Assembly (NCBI GenBank): GCA_016432645.1 | Contig: CP066698.1 | Coordinates: 517,062 to 581,061, forward strand | Length of the DNA: 64,000 nucleotides | From: Candidatus Falkowbacteria bacterium | Lineage (GTDB): Bacteria; Patescibacteriota; Patescibacteriia; Patescibacteriales; UBA12465 | Direction: 5' to 3' | The notes under the pieces: generated by a model | Databases searched by the model: none | The model's input: the letters and a program-made list of their open reading frames with translations, nothing else | What the model was told of the DNA's origin: nothing | Shown: positions 29,494 to 38,167 of the stretch, piece after piece | Position numbering within the stretch: the first letter of the stretch is position 1 | How the letters are laid out: each line of letters begins with the position of its first letter | Made by a program: the position numbers and the translations under genes

Positions 29494-30795
29494 TTATCTT
29501 TTTAATATCTTAACTATCCCTTTATTGGCATCAACTTCTATTAAATCGCCGTCCTTGATAACCTTGGTAGCAATTTTAGTGCCGATTATACAGGGAGTTT
29601 TCAATTCTCTAGCAATAATGGCGGCATGACAAGTAAGACCTCCTTCATTAGTAACAAAGGCAGCAGCTTTCTTCATCGCCTGTAAAAAATCGGGCGAGGT
29701 CATATAAGTTACCAAAATATCGCCCTTCTGAACTTTAGAAACTTCTTTGACGCTTAATACCACTTTAGCTGTTCCCTTCACGCACCCCAATTGCGCAGTC
29801 ATGCCCTTTACTTCCGAGACGGCTTCTGTAGCATCTTTTTTAGCAAAAATATTACCATCCAGCATGCAAACCTCGCCCTTATAATCGATGCAAGACATGT
29901 TGCTAGAATATTTTTTTAGCTTACCAGATATTAAATCGCTAAATTGATAATATTTCAAATTCTGGAAACTGAGCCCATACTTCTTGGCCGCCTCTTTTAA
30001 AATTGGACGAGACAAAAATATTAATTCATAGAAAACATCCGTTCTTCTGGTTCTTAAATAAACCAACTCTCTCGCCTCTTTGTATATACTTATTAATGGT
30101 TTAGGGATATCCGGATAAATATGGATTTTATGTTTTTTAAGATGAGCTTTATGTTCTTTTAATTCCTGCAAGCTATAGGGGCGGGCAAAGCCATCGCGCG
30201 CCCTCATCCAAGAATATTTTTTTCTTATAATCTTTAAATCAACTCCGGCGCGCATCTCATCTTCCATTAGCTCTAAAGCATTTTTCTTATCGGGATAAGC
30301 CGCATCACCGATATATTTATCAATATCGGTTGAAATATATTTTGTGGTTTTCAGTTTCATTTCTTTCCATAAAACATGTTCCAGCATATGAGCAGACCAA
30401 ATATAGGAACCTGTCTTATGAAAAATATCATCAAGAATTAAAAGTTTATTCTTAAGCGGCATTTTTTTGTCCTTAATAAGAGAAGTTATCCGAGTATGGC
30501 TTTTCTGATAAAATATTTCCAAACTATCCGATATCTCATGGATGCGGTGAAACCTCAGCCAATTTTTTAAGGTAGGAATAATATCATCAAAAACTTCATC
30601 CGACCAAAACCAATGCCCTTCGGTAAAAATAAAAGATTTTAATTCCCAGCCGTTAAGGCCGATTTTTTTAAACGCTTTCTTTGAAGAAGAACCGGCCAGA
30701 AGCGACATCATAAAAGCATAAAAATTACGCTTCAGCCAAAGTTCCCATTTATATTTTAGGGCCTGTTCTAAAACCTGTTTACTTTTTTTATCCAT
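29494..30795 (-). CDS. Helical domain + phosphohistidine swivel domain protein
   Basis: C-terminal TNEGGLTCHAAIIARELK. Confidence 0.85.
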   Translation of the reverse strand: MDKKSKQVLEQALKYKWELWLKRNFYAFMMSLLAGSSSKKAFKKIGLNGWELKSFIFTEGHWFWSDEVFDDIIPTLKNWLRFHRIHEISDSLEIFYQKSHTRITSLIKDKKMPLKNKLLILDDIFHKTGSYIWSAHMLEHVLWKEMKLKTTKYISTDIDKYIGDAAYPDKKNALELMEDEMRAGVDLKIIRKKYSWMRARDGFARPYSLQELKEHKAHLKKHKIHIYPDIPKPLISIYKEARELVYLRTRRTDVFYELIFLSRPILKEAAKKYGLSFQNLKYYQFSDLISGKLKKYSSNMSCIDYKGEVCMLDGNIFAKKDATEAVSEVKGMTAQLGCVKGTAKVVLSVKEVSKVQKGDILVTYMTSPDFLQAMKKAAAFVTNEGGLTCHAAIIARELKTPCIIGTKIATKVIKDGDLIEVDANKGIVKILKR

Positions 30796-30796
30796 A

Positions 30797-32134
30797 TTAT
30801 TTTATTATCTTAACAATTCCCTTATTGGCATCGACTTCTACTAAATCGCCATCGTGCAAAATTTTGGTGGCATTCTTCGTGCCAATAACACAAGGCTTCT
30901 TCATTTCTCTGGCGAGTATTGAGGCGTGACAAGTAATTCCGCCCTCATCGGTTATAAATGCCGCCGCTTTTTTCATAATCATTACCATGCTCGGCGTGGT
31001 CATCGAGGCAACCAATATATCCCCCGGCTTAAATTTAGCCGCATCTTTAGGGCTAGAAATAATTTTTACCACTCCCGTAACTCTGCCAGGAAAAGCCGTG
31101 CGCCCGGCAATAATCTTTCGAACATTTTTTTCAATAATTAACTTTTTAAAAATAGCTACGCCCTTGCCAGAAATAATATCAATTTTACCAAGGCTAAAAC
31201 AGGCAACAAACTCCTTCTTTCTGGCTTCTAATATCTTAGAATCTGGTATTTTATTATTTATAATCTCCAAATATGAACAATGGATAAAATCTTCGTAAGT
31301 TAGTCTTAATTTCATAGCGAAGGCACTTATCGCCTCGTGCCAAGCAAAAAATACTTTATTAAAAATATCCGTTCTATGGGTGCGATAGTAAATAAAAAAC
31401 TGCATCACATCGACATAGTAGCCCTTATCTTTTAATAATTTTTTAGCCCGCTTAATTGCTTTAAACGTTTCCGCGCGATTGCTATCGTCTAAAAAATTCC
31501 TGTCTTTTTTAAGGGAGTAGAGTATTTCTTTAGCCTCTTTAGTACTTAAAAACTTATGTTTACCGTAACGAGAAAAATTCCAAGAATGATTTTTTATGAA
31601 ATCATCTATGTTCCCGGTCCTTAATAATTTTCTTTTGGCAATTTGATCTAAATTTAATTCCAGGGGCAAATTAAGATGGGACATTAATGCCTCGACTTCG
31701 TCCGCATCTGTTTTCTTTAACAACTCATTTTTTAAAATATTCTCAATAAAATCATCGCAAATATGATAAAGGGATAATGTCGGCTGATAGAGAAGATAAT
31801 TTTTAAAGAAGCCGGCGAAATCAGTTATTTTTTTGTTTTTAATATCTCCCAGCACCAACTTCTCTCGACGCAAGGTTTCATTTTTTAAATATAAAAAATT
31901 TTTCTCATTCTTTAAAACATGTTTAGTCGTTTTTATAGCAAAATTATCTAAATGATATTCGGGATAATAATAAACTCCCTCAATCTCAATAGCGTCCTGT
32001 AATTTATAAGGAAATCCAATAAATTCTTGCCAGCTTTTTGGGTCGCTAAAGCCGACAAAAAACAAAGACGACATAAACGGCGGATAGGGCCGATAAACCG
32101 TTTTAATAAAATTTACACCTTTATAAGTAAACAT
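30797..32134 (-). CDS. Helical domain + phosphohistidine swivel domain protein
   Basis: C-terminal TDEGGITCHASILAREMK. Confidence 0.85.
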   Translation of the reverse strand: MFTYKGVNFIKTVYRPYPPFMSSLFFVGFSDPKSWQEFIGFPYKLQDAIEIEGVYYYPEYHLDNFAIKTTKHVLKNEKNFLYLKNETLRREKLVLGDIKNKKITDFAGFFKNYLLYQPTLSLYHICDDFIENILKNELLKKTDADEVEALMSHLNLPLELNLDQIAKRKLLRTGNIDDFIKNHSWNFSRYGKHKFLSTKEAKEILYSLKKDRNFLDDSNRAETFKAIKRAKKLLKDKGYYVDVMQFFIYYRTHRTDIFNKVFFAWHEAISAFAMKLRLTYEDFIHCSYLEIINNKIPDSKILEARKKEFVACFSLGKIDIISGKGVAIFKKLIIEKNVRKIIAGRTAFPGRVTGVVKIISSPKDAAKFKPGDILVASMTTPSMVMIMKKAAAFITDEGGITCHASILAREMKKPCVIGTKNATKILHDGDLVEVDANKGIVKIIK

Positions 32135-32137
32135 TGG

Positions 32138-33520
32138 TTATTTTAATATTTTAATAATTCCCTTATTAGCATCGACCTCCACTAAATCGCCGTCATGTAA
32201 AATTTTAGTCGCAATTTTAGTGCCGACAATACACGGAGTCCTTAATTCTCTAGAAACGATGGCGGCGTGGGATGTAATTCCTCCCATATCAGTCACAAAC
32301 GCGGCGGCCAGTTTCATGGCCGGCAATAACTGGGGACTAGTGGAAACAGAAACTAAAATATCTCCTTTTTTTACTTTTGAGTTATGCTGGGGACCGAAGA
32401 TTAATCTTGCTTTACCGCAAGCTTTACCGGGCTGAGCAACCTGTCCTTTTAACTCCGCTATCCCCTCAAGTTGTTTTTGAGCAACATCAATTCTGGCCTG
32501 CAAAAATTTTTCTATCTGAAGGTTGCCAGATATAATCTTATAATTATCAAGTGAAAGCGGAATGATTAAACTTCGCTGCCAGCGAGCAGCGAGCCCTGCC
32601 AATATTTCCGTTTTACCCTTAATAACCGCAATCAACTCAAGCGTAGAGAGCGCTTCCAGATATTTTGCCTGAACTTTTAAACGAGCCGCCAATAAATCAA
32701 CAATATTATTGGCCACAACATAAAGCGCCTGGCGTGAATCTGACCTCAGAGACTTAATATAAACCAGTTCTCTGAAAATATTTAACAAATTCTGCTCAGC
32801 TTTTGTCAGTTTTAATTCTTTTAATATTTCCCTCTCTAACATCTTAGTTCCAGATTCTTTTTCGGTTTTATGTAATTTTATTGCTTTTAGCTGTTTGGCA
32901 TTCAGGCCCCGACCGATATAACCCTGGTCCAACCAAAAATATTTATTCAATACATCCTTATCATTTTTTGATTTTCTTATTTCTTGATAGGCTAAGGCGG
33001 TTTGGCTTAACTTATTCGGATTAGTCAGAATCTCCAGATAATAGCTCACCGGATGAATTAAATTTTTACGTCTTCCAAAAATATCCATAACTTGGTTAGT
33101 AATCTCACCATAAACATCAGCAAAAGCGACTACCATCCCCCAGGCGGCCAAATCTTTTTGAAGGTTGCGGCTGGCTAACAAAATTTTAATTATCGTCTCA
33201 TCTTTTAATTTCGGCAAAGGATAATTATTTTTTGCCATTTTAAAAACTTCCAGAGATAATTTCTCGGTTTTATTTTTAATTGAGCGGAGCAGTTTTTTAT
33301 TACTAACAACCGCCTGAGCGCAAAGATGAGAAAATTGCTGTGCTTGTTTCTGGTTTTGAAAATAGTTAAGAGTTGTTCCTTTAATCAGTTCGCAAAAAGA
33401 ATCGGGAATATCAAACCCAACCTGTTTTTTAATTAAAGGCGAGCGCATCCCTGTCCAAGTCGTTTCAATATTAATAAACGAGGTGTCTATATCTTGATTT
33501 AAAAGAGAATATTTAACCAT
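32138..33520 (-). CDS. Helical domain + phosphohistidine swivel domain protein
   Basis: C-terminal TDMGGITSHAAIVSRELR. Confidence 0.85.
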   Translation of the reverse strand: MVKYSLLNQDIDTSFINIETTWTGMRSPLIKKQVGFDIPDSFCELIKGTTLNYFQNQKQAQQFSHLCAQAVVSNKKLLRSIKNKTEKLSLEVFKMAKNNYPLPKLKDETIIKILLASRNLQKDLAAWGMVVAFADVYGEITNQVMDIFGRRKNLIHPVSYYLEILTNPNKLSQTALAYQEIRKSKNDKDVLNKYFWLDQGYIGRGLNAKQLKAIKLHKTEKESGTKMLEREILKELKLTKAEQNLLNIFRELVYIKSLRSDSRQALYVVANNIVDLLAARLKVQAKYLEALSTLELIAVIKGKTEILAGLAARWQRSLIIPLSLDNYKIISGNLQIEKFLQARIDVAQKQLEGIAELKGQVAQPGKACGKARLIFGPQHNSKVKKGDILVSVSTSPQLLPAMKLAAAFVTDMGGITSHAAIVSRELRTPCIVGTKIATKILHDGDLVEVDANKGIIKILK

Positions 33521-33522
33521 AT

Positions 33523-33936
33523 TTAATCTTTTCTAAATAAACTAGATTTATATTTTTCCGGATGATACGAATTTAACCTCTTAATTTCACAAAAAAAGCG
33601 TTCTTGAGCTATCAGCTCCTGGAGCGCTTTTAAATCTACTTGTTGATCATAGCCTAAACAAATAATGTCCGGGCGCAATTCCCTCAATAGCTGCCAGCGG
33701 TCAACTTTATTCCCCAAAATAACTCGGCCCTTAAGACATAATTCCTTAACTGCATCCTCCACTTTCTGGCGACGCACTTCTTCATTTTCTTGTGGTAAGT
33801 GTCCCTTCCCTTTTAAAACATTGGCATCGCGCGCCACAACTACTATCAGTTCATCGCCAAAGACACCGGCCTGAGAAAGATAGGAAAGATGGCCGGGATG
33901 AAGATTGTCAAAAGTTCCGAAGGCAATCGCGCGCAT
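33523..33936 (-). CDS. Cytidylyltransferase-family nucleotidyltransferase (archaeal-type FAD synthetase RibL-like)
   Basis: GTFDNLHPGH, VVARD, PDIICLGYDQ, KSS. Confidence 0.82.
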   Translation of the reverse strand: MRAIAFGTFDNLHPGHLSYLSQAGVFGDELIVVVARDANVLKGKGHLPQENEEVRRQKVEDAVKELCLKGRVILGNKVDRWQLLRELRPDIICLGYDQQVDLKALQELIAQERFFCEIKRLNSYHPEKYKSSLFRKD

Positions 33937-33983
33937 ATTTTATCTTGTATTTATCTCTAGCTTGCTATACTTATTTTTGCTGT

Positions 33984-34050
33984 GGGCCCGGCAGGTTGCT
34001 TGACCATTCTTAACAAATCGGTCTTCGGAGTTCGACTCTCCGCGGGTCCA
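33984..34050 (+). ncRNA. tRNA-like RNA, copy 3
   Basis: Same acceptor stem; T-arm CGGAG-TTCGACT-CTCCG with a compensatory A-U pair; loop CTTAACA; TGcTATACT at 33963-33971. Confidence 0.75.
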
Positions 34051-34108
34051 CAGATGCTAGCAAAACGATAATTATTGACGTTTAAAAAATTTTTTGCTAT
34101 TATAAATT

Positions 34109-34171
34109 ATGTTAAGAATGGTCTATATTGTAACCTGTAAGATAAATAAATGCCCCCGCAAGGGGGTTTTT
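34109..34171 (+). ncRNA. Partner small RNA, copy 3
   Basis: Promoter TTGACG-17-TATTAT (34075-34103); 34110-34123 is the exact reverse complement of 34002-34015; terminator ccccc-gcaa-ggggg-tttt. Confidence 0.62.
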
Positions 34172-34178
34172 ATTTTGC

Positions 34179-35330
34179 CTATTTTATTGCTTTCTTCAAG
34201 GCTGCAGCCTTATCAGTTTTTTCCCAAGCAAAACCGACGCGGCCAAAATGCCCATAGGCGGCGGTCTTTAAAAATACCGGTTTTTTCAAACCTAAAGTTT
34301 CAATAATCGCTTTCGGGCGAAAATCAAAAACAGCTTCTACCGCTTTTAGAATTTTGGTATCCGAATATTTATTGGTGCCAAAAGTATCAATATAAATGCC
34401 GACCGGTTTAGCGACCCCAATCGCGTAAGCAACTTGCAATTCGCATTTATCGGCCAGGCCGGCGGCAACAATATTCTTGGCGACATAACGTGCCATATAA
34501 GCGCCGGAGCGGTCTACTTTAGAAGCATCTTTGCCGGAAAAACAACCGCCACCATGACGGGCATAACCGCCATAAGTATCAACGATGATTTTTCGGCCAG
34601 TTAAGCCGGTATCCGCACCCGGACCACCAAAAGTAAAGGCGCCGGTAGAGTTAATAAAAATTTTAGTCTTCTTGTCCAATAACTTCCCGAGCACCGGAGT
34701 AATAACCATGCGCAAAATATCGGCACGCACCTTAGCTAATTTTATTTTACTGCTATGGCAAGCGGCAATCACAACGGTCTCTACGCGCACGGCTTTCCCG
34801 TCATGATACTCAACCGTCACTTGCGATTTTCCATCCGGTTTTAGATAAGGCAGAATTTTTTTATGTCTAACTTCCGCTAAACGCGCTGCCAGTTTATGAG
34901 CCAAAACAATCGGCAAAGGCATCAGCTCTTTAGTTTCATTGGTTGCGTAGCCATACATCAAGCCTTGATCACCAGCACCCTGCTCCTTATGTTCACCGTT
35001 CCCCTCATCAACGCCTTGGGCAATTTCTTGGCTTTGTTCATGAAGCGCGGAAACGATGCCAACGCTATCACAGTCAAAACCCGACTCGGCATCGCTATAG
35101 CCAATCTTCTTCAAAGTACGGCGGACAATTTCATCAACTTTTACATATTCTTTAGTTCTGGCCTCCCCGCCCACGACAACTAGACCGTTAGTGACAAAGC
35201 ATTCAACGGCCGCATGGCTCTCGGGGTCATGGGTTAGCATTTCGTCCAGAATACTGTCACTAATTTGGTCGCAAACCTTGTCAGGATGCCCTTCGGTCAC
35301 TGACTCGGAAGTGATTAATTTAATATCCAT
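34179..35330 (-). CDS. metK: S-adenosylmethionine synthetase
   Basis: [33 protein letters not shown]. Confidence 0.98.
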   Translation of the reverse strand: MDIKLITSESVTEGHPDKVCDQISDSILDEMLTHDPESHAAVECFVTNGLVVVGGEARTKEYVKVDEIVRRTLKKIGYSDAESGFDCDSVGIVSALHEQSQEIAQGVDEGNGEHKEQGAGDQGLMYGYATNETKELMPLPIVLAHKLAARLAEVRHKKILPYLKPDGKSQVTVEYHDGKAVRVETVVIAACHSSKIKLAKVRADILRMVITPVLGKLLDKKTKIFINSTGAFTFGGPGADTGLTGRKIIVDTYGGYARHGGGCFSGKDASKVDRSGAYMARYVAKNIVAAGLADKCELQVAYAIGVAKPVGIYIDTFGTNKYSDTKILKAVEAVFDFRPKAIIETLGLKKPVFLKTAAYGHFGRVGFAWEKTDKAAALKKAIK

Positions 35331-35456
35331 ATTTTTATATCTTACTGTATATAATGTCTATATTGTAATATATTACAGCGGTAAATACAATGAAAAAGGA
35401 CATTCGTGAAAATGCCCTTTTACTTGACAGAGGATATTGCTTTATTGCTTAATAAG

Positions 35457-36797
35457 CTATTGCTTAATAAGTTTTAAAGTAGTTTTTTTGTTATTCAAAA
35501 AATAAATCCCTGTTTTTAAACCAACCAGGGAAATGCGGTTATCTCCAGGTTCAACGCGAACCTGTTTAATAACTGTTCCAAGAACATCGCTGAGAGTGAC
35601 AATGGCTTCCGAGCTGCTTTTAATGGTTAAATCGGAAGTGAACGGGTTAGGATAAGCGGAAAAATTATCCGCTTTAACTAAGTCATAAACAGCATCAGGA
35701 ATAGCCTGAGCCAAATCGTTGCGGGTAGAATAAATCTTTCCGTTATTACCGACGGCAAAAATGCCGTCAACCTCGCCATTACTGAAATCAATAATCATGT
35801 TCAAGCCGTAGCTTTGACTTCTTTGGATAATAACGCCATCTTTAATGATGAAACCATTCTTGCCATTAACGTCACCGCCGACATGCCAGAATAATGAATG
35901 GGGCTTGGTGATTAATGAGGATTTGATGCTAAAATCTTTACCAAGTTCGGGGAATGACCTAAAATTAGTAAAACTCTGGACTCCCTTGGTTGGAGCACAA
36001 GTGGCTTCATAATTATATCTCCCGGATTGATGATATTCATAGCTTTCTTTGCTATAAAAAGAAGTCAAGCAAACTCCGTTATTAGAGGACACGCTGGTAA
36101 TTGAGTCGTTCCAAGATTGCCCACTACTAATATCAAAAGAGAGCCCATTCGACCCCTTAAGAGTAACAACGGCTATCCCGAATACTGGGAAATACCCACT
36201 TGTTCCGTGAGAAATGGCACGGGCATAAGTAGCAATATTATTACCATCTTTACATCCGCCTAAATAGGTAAAGTTTGTATATTCCCCATTAAACCCATAC
36301 TCCTGAGTCGAGAACCCATAGTTAAGTGGGCGAAAGTCCTGCCAAATGGCAAATTGATTAATTTGCATAAAAGCAACGACAGAATAATACCAATTATCCA
36401 TTGGGATTATTGAGCAAATAGGATAGCTGGCCAATTTTTCCGGTAAAACAAAGTCTTTAAACGTAGCGCCATTATCGGTGCTGTATTTTAAGAGATCGTT
36501 CTCCTTGCCTCCTGACAGGAAGATTAGGGTGTCATTCACGCGCGTAGCCAAATTAATGGTACGTTTTTTAATCGGGTCAATATCGAGCTGTTTCCAGCTT
36601 TGGCATTTATCTTTGGAAGCAAAGCCGAGGCCTTGTTCGCCAAAGACATAGATAGTAGGAACGTTAGCCTCTCCTACGGCAGGCACGATTATAGAGCATT
36701 TCAGGTCAATACTGGTTGGACTGTTGATCTCCAACACTTGGGCGGTGGCAATTTGGGCTATCAGCCCAAAAAACGCCAAAAGTAACAGGTTTTTCAT
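35457..36797 (-). CDS. Secreted protein with T9SS type-A C-terminal sorting domain-like tail
   Basis: Signal peptide ending A|Q; BNR-like STDNGATF; tail YPNPFTSDLTI...SDVLG...LKTGIYFL...KLIKQ. Confidence 0.75.
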   Translation of the reverse strand: MKNLLLLAFFGLIAQIATAQVLEINSPTSIDLKCSIIVPAVGEANVPTIYVFGEQGLGFASKDKCQSWKQLDIDPIKKRTINLATRVNDTLIFLSGGKENDLLKYSTDNGATFKDFVLPEKLASYPICSIIPMDNWYYSVVAFMQINQFAIWQDFRPLNYGFSTQEYGFNGEYTNFTYLGGCKDGNNIATYARAISHGTSGYFPVFGIAVVTLKGSNGLSFDISSGQSWNDSITSVSSNNGVCLTSFYSKESYEYHQSGRYNYEATCAPTKGVQSFTNFRSFPELGKDFSIKSSLITKPHSLFWHVGGDVNGKNGFIIKDGVIIQRSQSYGLNMIIDFSNGEVDGIFAVGNNGKIYSTRNDLAQAIPDAVYDLVKADNFSAYPNPFTSDLTIKSSSEAIVTLSDVLGTVIKQVRVEPGDNRISLVGLKTGIYFLNNKKTTLKLIKQ

Positions 36798-36913
36798 TTT
36801 TCATCCCTTTCTTGTTGGTTTTTATTAATAATTGTTAATTTACAAATCTTTTAATAATATAATATTACTTAAAAAATGTCAATATTAACACTTGAGCGTA
36901 AAAACCGGTAAAT

Positions 36914-38167
36914 TTAAGTCCCTGACTCCCAACCGGCCAGATATTCAGCCTGCTCTTTCGTCAGTTTATCAATTTGAATGCCTAAGGATTTTAATTTTAA
37001 CGCCGCCACTTTCTTTTCAACCTCCTCAGAAACATTATGAACTTTGACTGCCAATTTTTTCTTAGCCGTAGCGACGGATTGGGCAGCTAAAGCTTGGGTT
37101 GAAAAACTCATATCCATCACACTCGCCGGATGACCTTCAGCGGCGGCTAAATTAACTAAGCGTCCTTCTGCCAAGAGATAAATGCGCTTGCGACCGATTA
37201 AATATTCATCAACATTGACTCGGACTTGTTTATTTATTTTCTTGGACATTTTTGCCAAAGCAGGGATATCAATTTCAACATCAAAATGCCCGGAGTTGCA
37301 AACAACCGCGCCGTCTTTCATATTTTTAAAATGGGCGCCGGTAATAACATGTTTGTCGCCAGTAATCGTACAGAAAATATCACCGATTTTAGAAGCTTCA
37401 TTCATGGTCATCACTTGAAAACCGTCCATCGCCGCTTCTAAAGCTTTTATTTCATCAACTTCCGTCACAATTACTTTAGCTCCCATACCGCGAGCGCGCA
37501 TCGCAAACCCCTTGCCACACCAGCCATAACCGGCCACAACCATATTTTTCCCGGCTAACAGGGCATCGGTAGCGCGAACAATACCGTCTAAAGTTGACTG
37601 CCCGGTGCCATAACGGTTATCAAACATATTTTTGGTCTTGGCGTCATTAACGGCAATCACCGGCAATTTTAATTTTCCTTTCGCCTCTAAAGCACGCAGA
37701 CGAATTACTCCGGTCGTGGTTTCTTCCATGCTGCCTAAAATATTTTTAGCATCAGCACTATACTTATTATGAAGCAGGGAGATTAAATCAGCGCCGTCAT
37801 CCATCGTAATATTCGGCTTATTATTTAAAGCTAAATTCAAATGTTCATAATAAACTTTATTGTCTTCCCCGCGCACAGCCATAACCTTAATGCCATGATT
37901 TTTTACTAAAGCGGCGGCAATATCATCTTGGGTGGAAAGTGGATTAGAAGCGACGAGAGTTACTTCGGCGCCGCCAGCTTTTAGAGTTAACATTAAGTTC
38001 GCGGTTTCCGCAGTTACATGCATACAAGCGGAAATACGCTTCCCTGTGAAAGGTTTAGTTTTAGAAAACTCCGCTTTAATAATATTCAAAACCGGCATAT
38101 CTTGCCCCGCCCACTTTAAACGCTTTTCTCCGGCAGCCGCCAATCTAATATCTTTAATGTGGCTCAT
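36914..38167 (-). CDS. ahcY: Adenosylhomocysteinase
   Basis: [43 protein letters not shown]. Confidence 0.97.
   Translation of the reverse strand: MSHIKDIRLAAAGEKRLKWAGQDMPVLNIIKAEFSKTKPFTGKRISACMHVTAETANLMLTLKAGGAEVTLVASNPLSTQDDIAAALVKNHGIKVMAVRGEDNKVYYEHLNLALNNKPNITMDDGADLISLLHNKYSADAKNILGSMEETTTGVIRLRALEAKGKLKLPVIAVNDAKTKNMFDNRYGTGQSTLDGIVRATDALLAGKNMVVAGYGWCGKGFAMRARGMGAKVIVTEVDEIKALEAAMDGFQVMTMNEASKIGDIFCTITGDKHVITGAHFKNMKDGAVVCNSGHFDVEIDIPALAKMSKKINKQVRVNVDEYLIGRKRIYLLAEGRLVNLAAAEGHPASVMDMSFSTQALAAQSVATAKKKLAVKVHNVSEEVEKKVAALKLKSLGIQIDKLTKEQAEYLAGWESGT

Noticed and set aside
20345..33520. Annotating the swivel and ATP-grasp genes as ppsA or as pseudogene fragments
   Set aside because: No pyruvate-binding domain; each ORF is intact, keeps the catalytic His and has its own long N-terminal domain
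26639..34050. Calling the repeats canonical tRNAs or a standard tmRNA
   Set aside because: No conserved D-stem, irregular anticodon stem, C at position 37, only 67-68 nt; no pseudoknots or tag reading frame of full-length ssrA
26634..34061. Three similar repeats as a CRISPR array
   Set aside because: Copies are 1.2 and 6.1 kb apart, separated by genes, fold like tRNA, and no cas genes are present
34109..34306. 65-aa ORF as a normal protein gene
   Set aside because: Runs through a strong terminator and antisense into metK; only its 5' part is considered, as a possible mini-message
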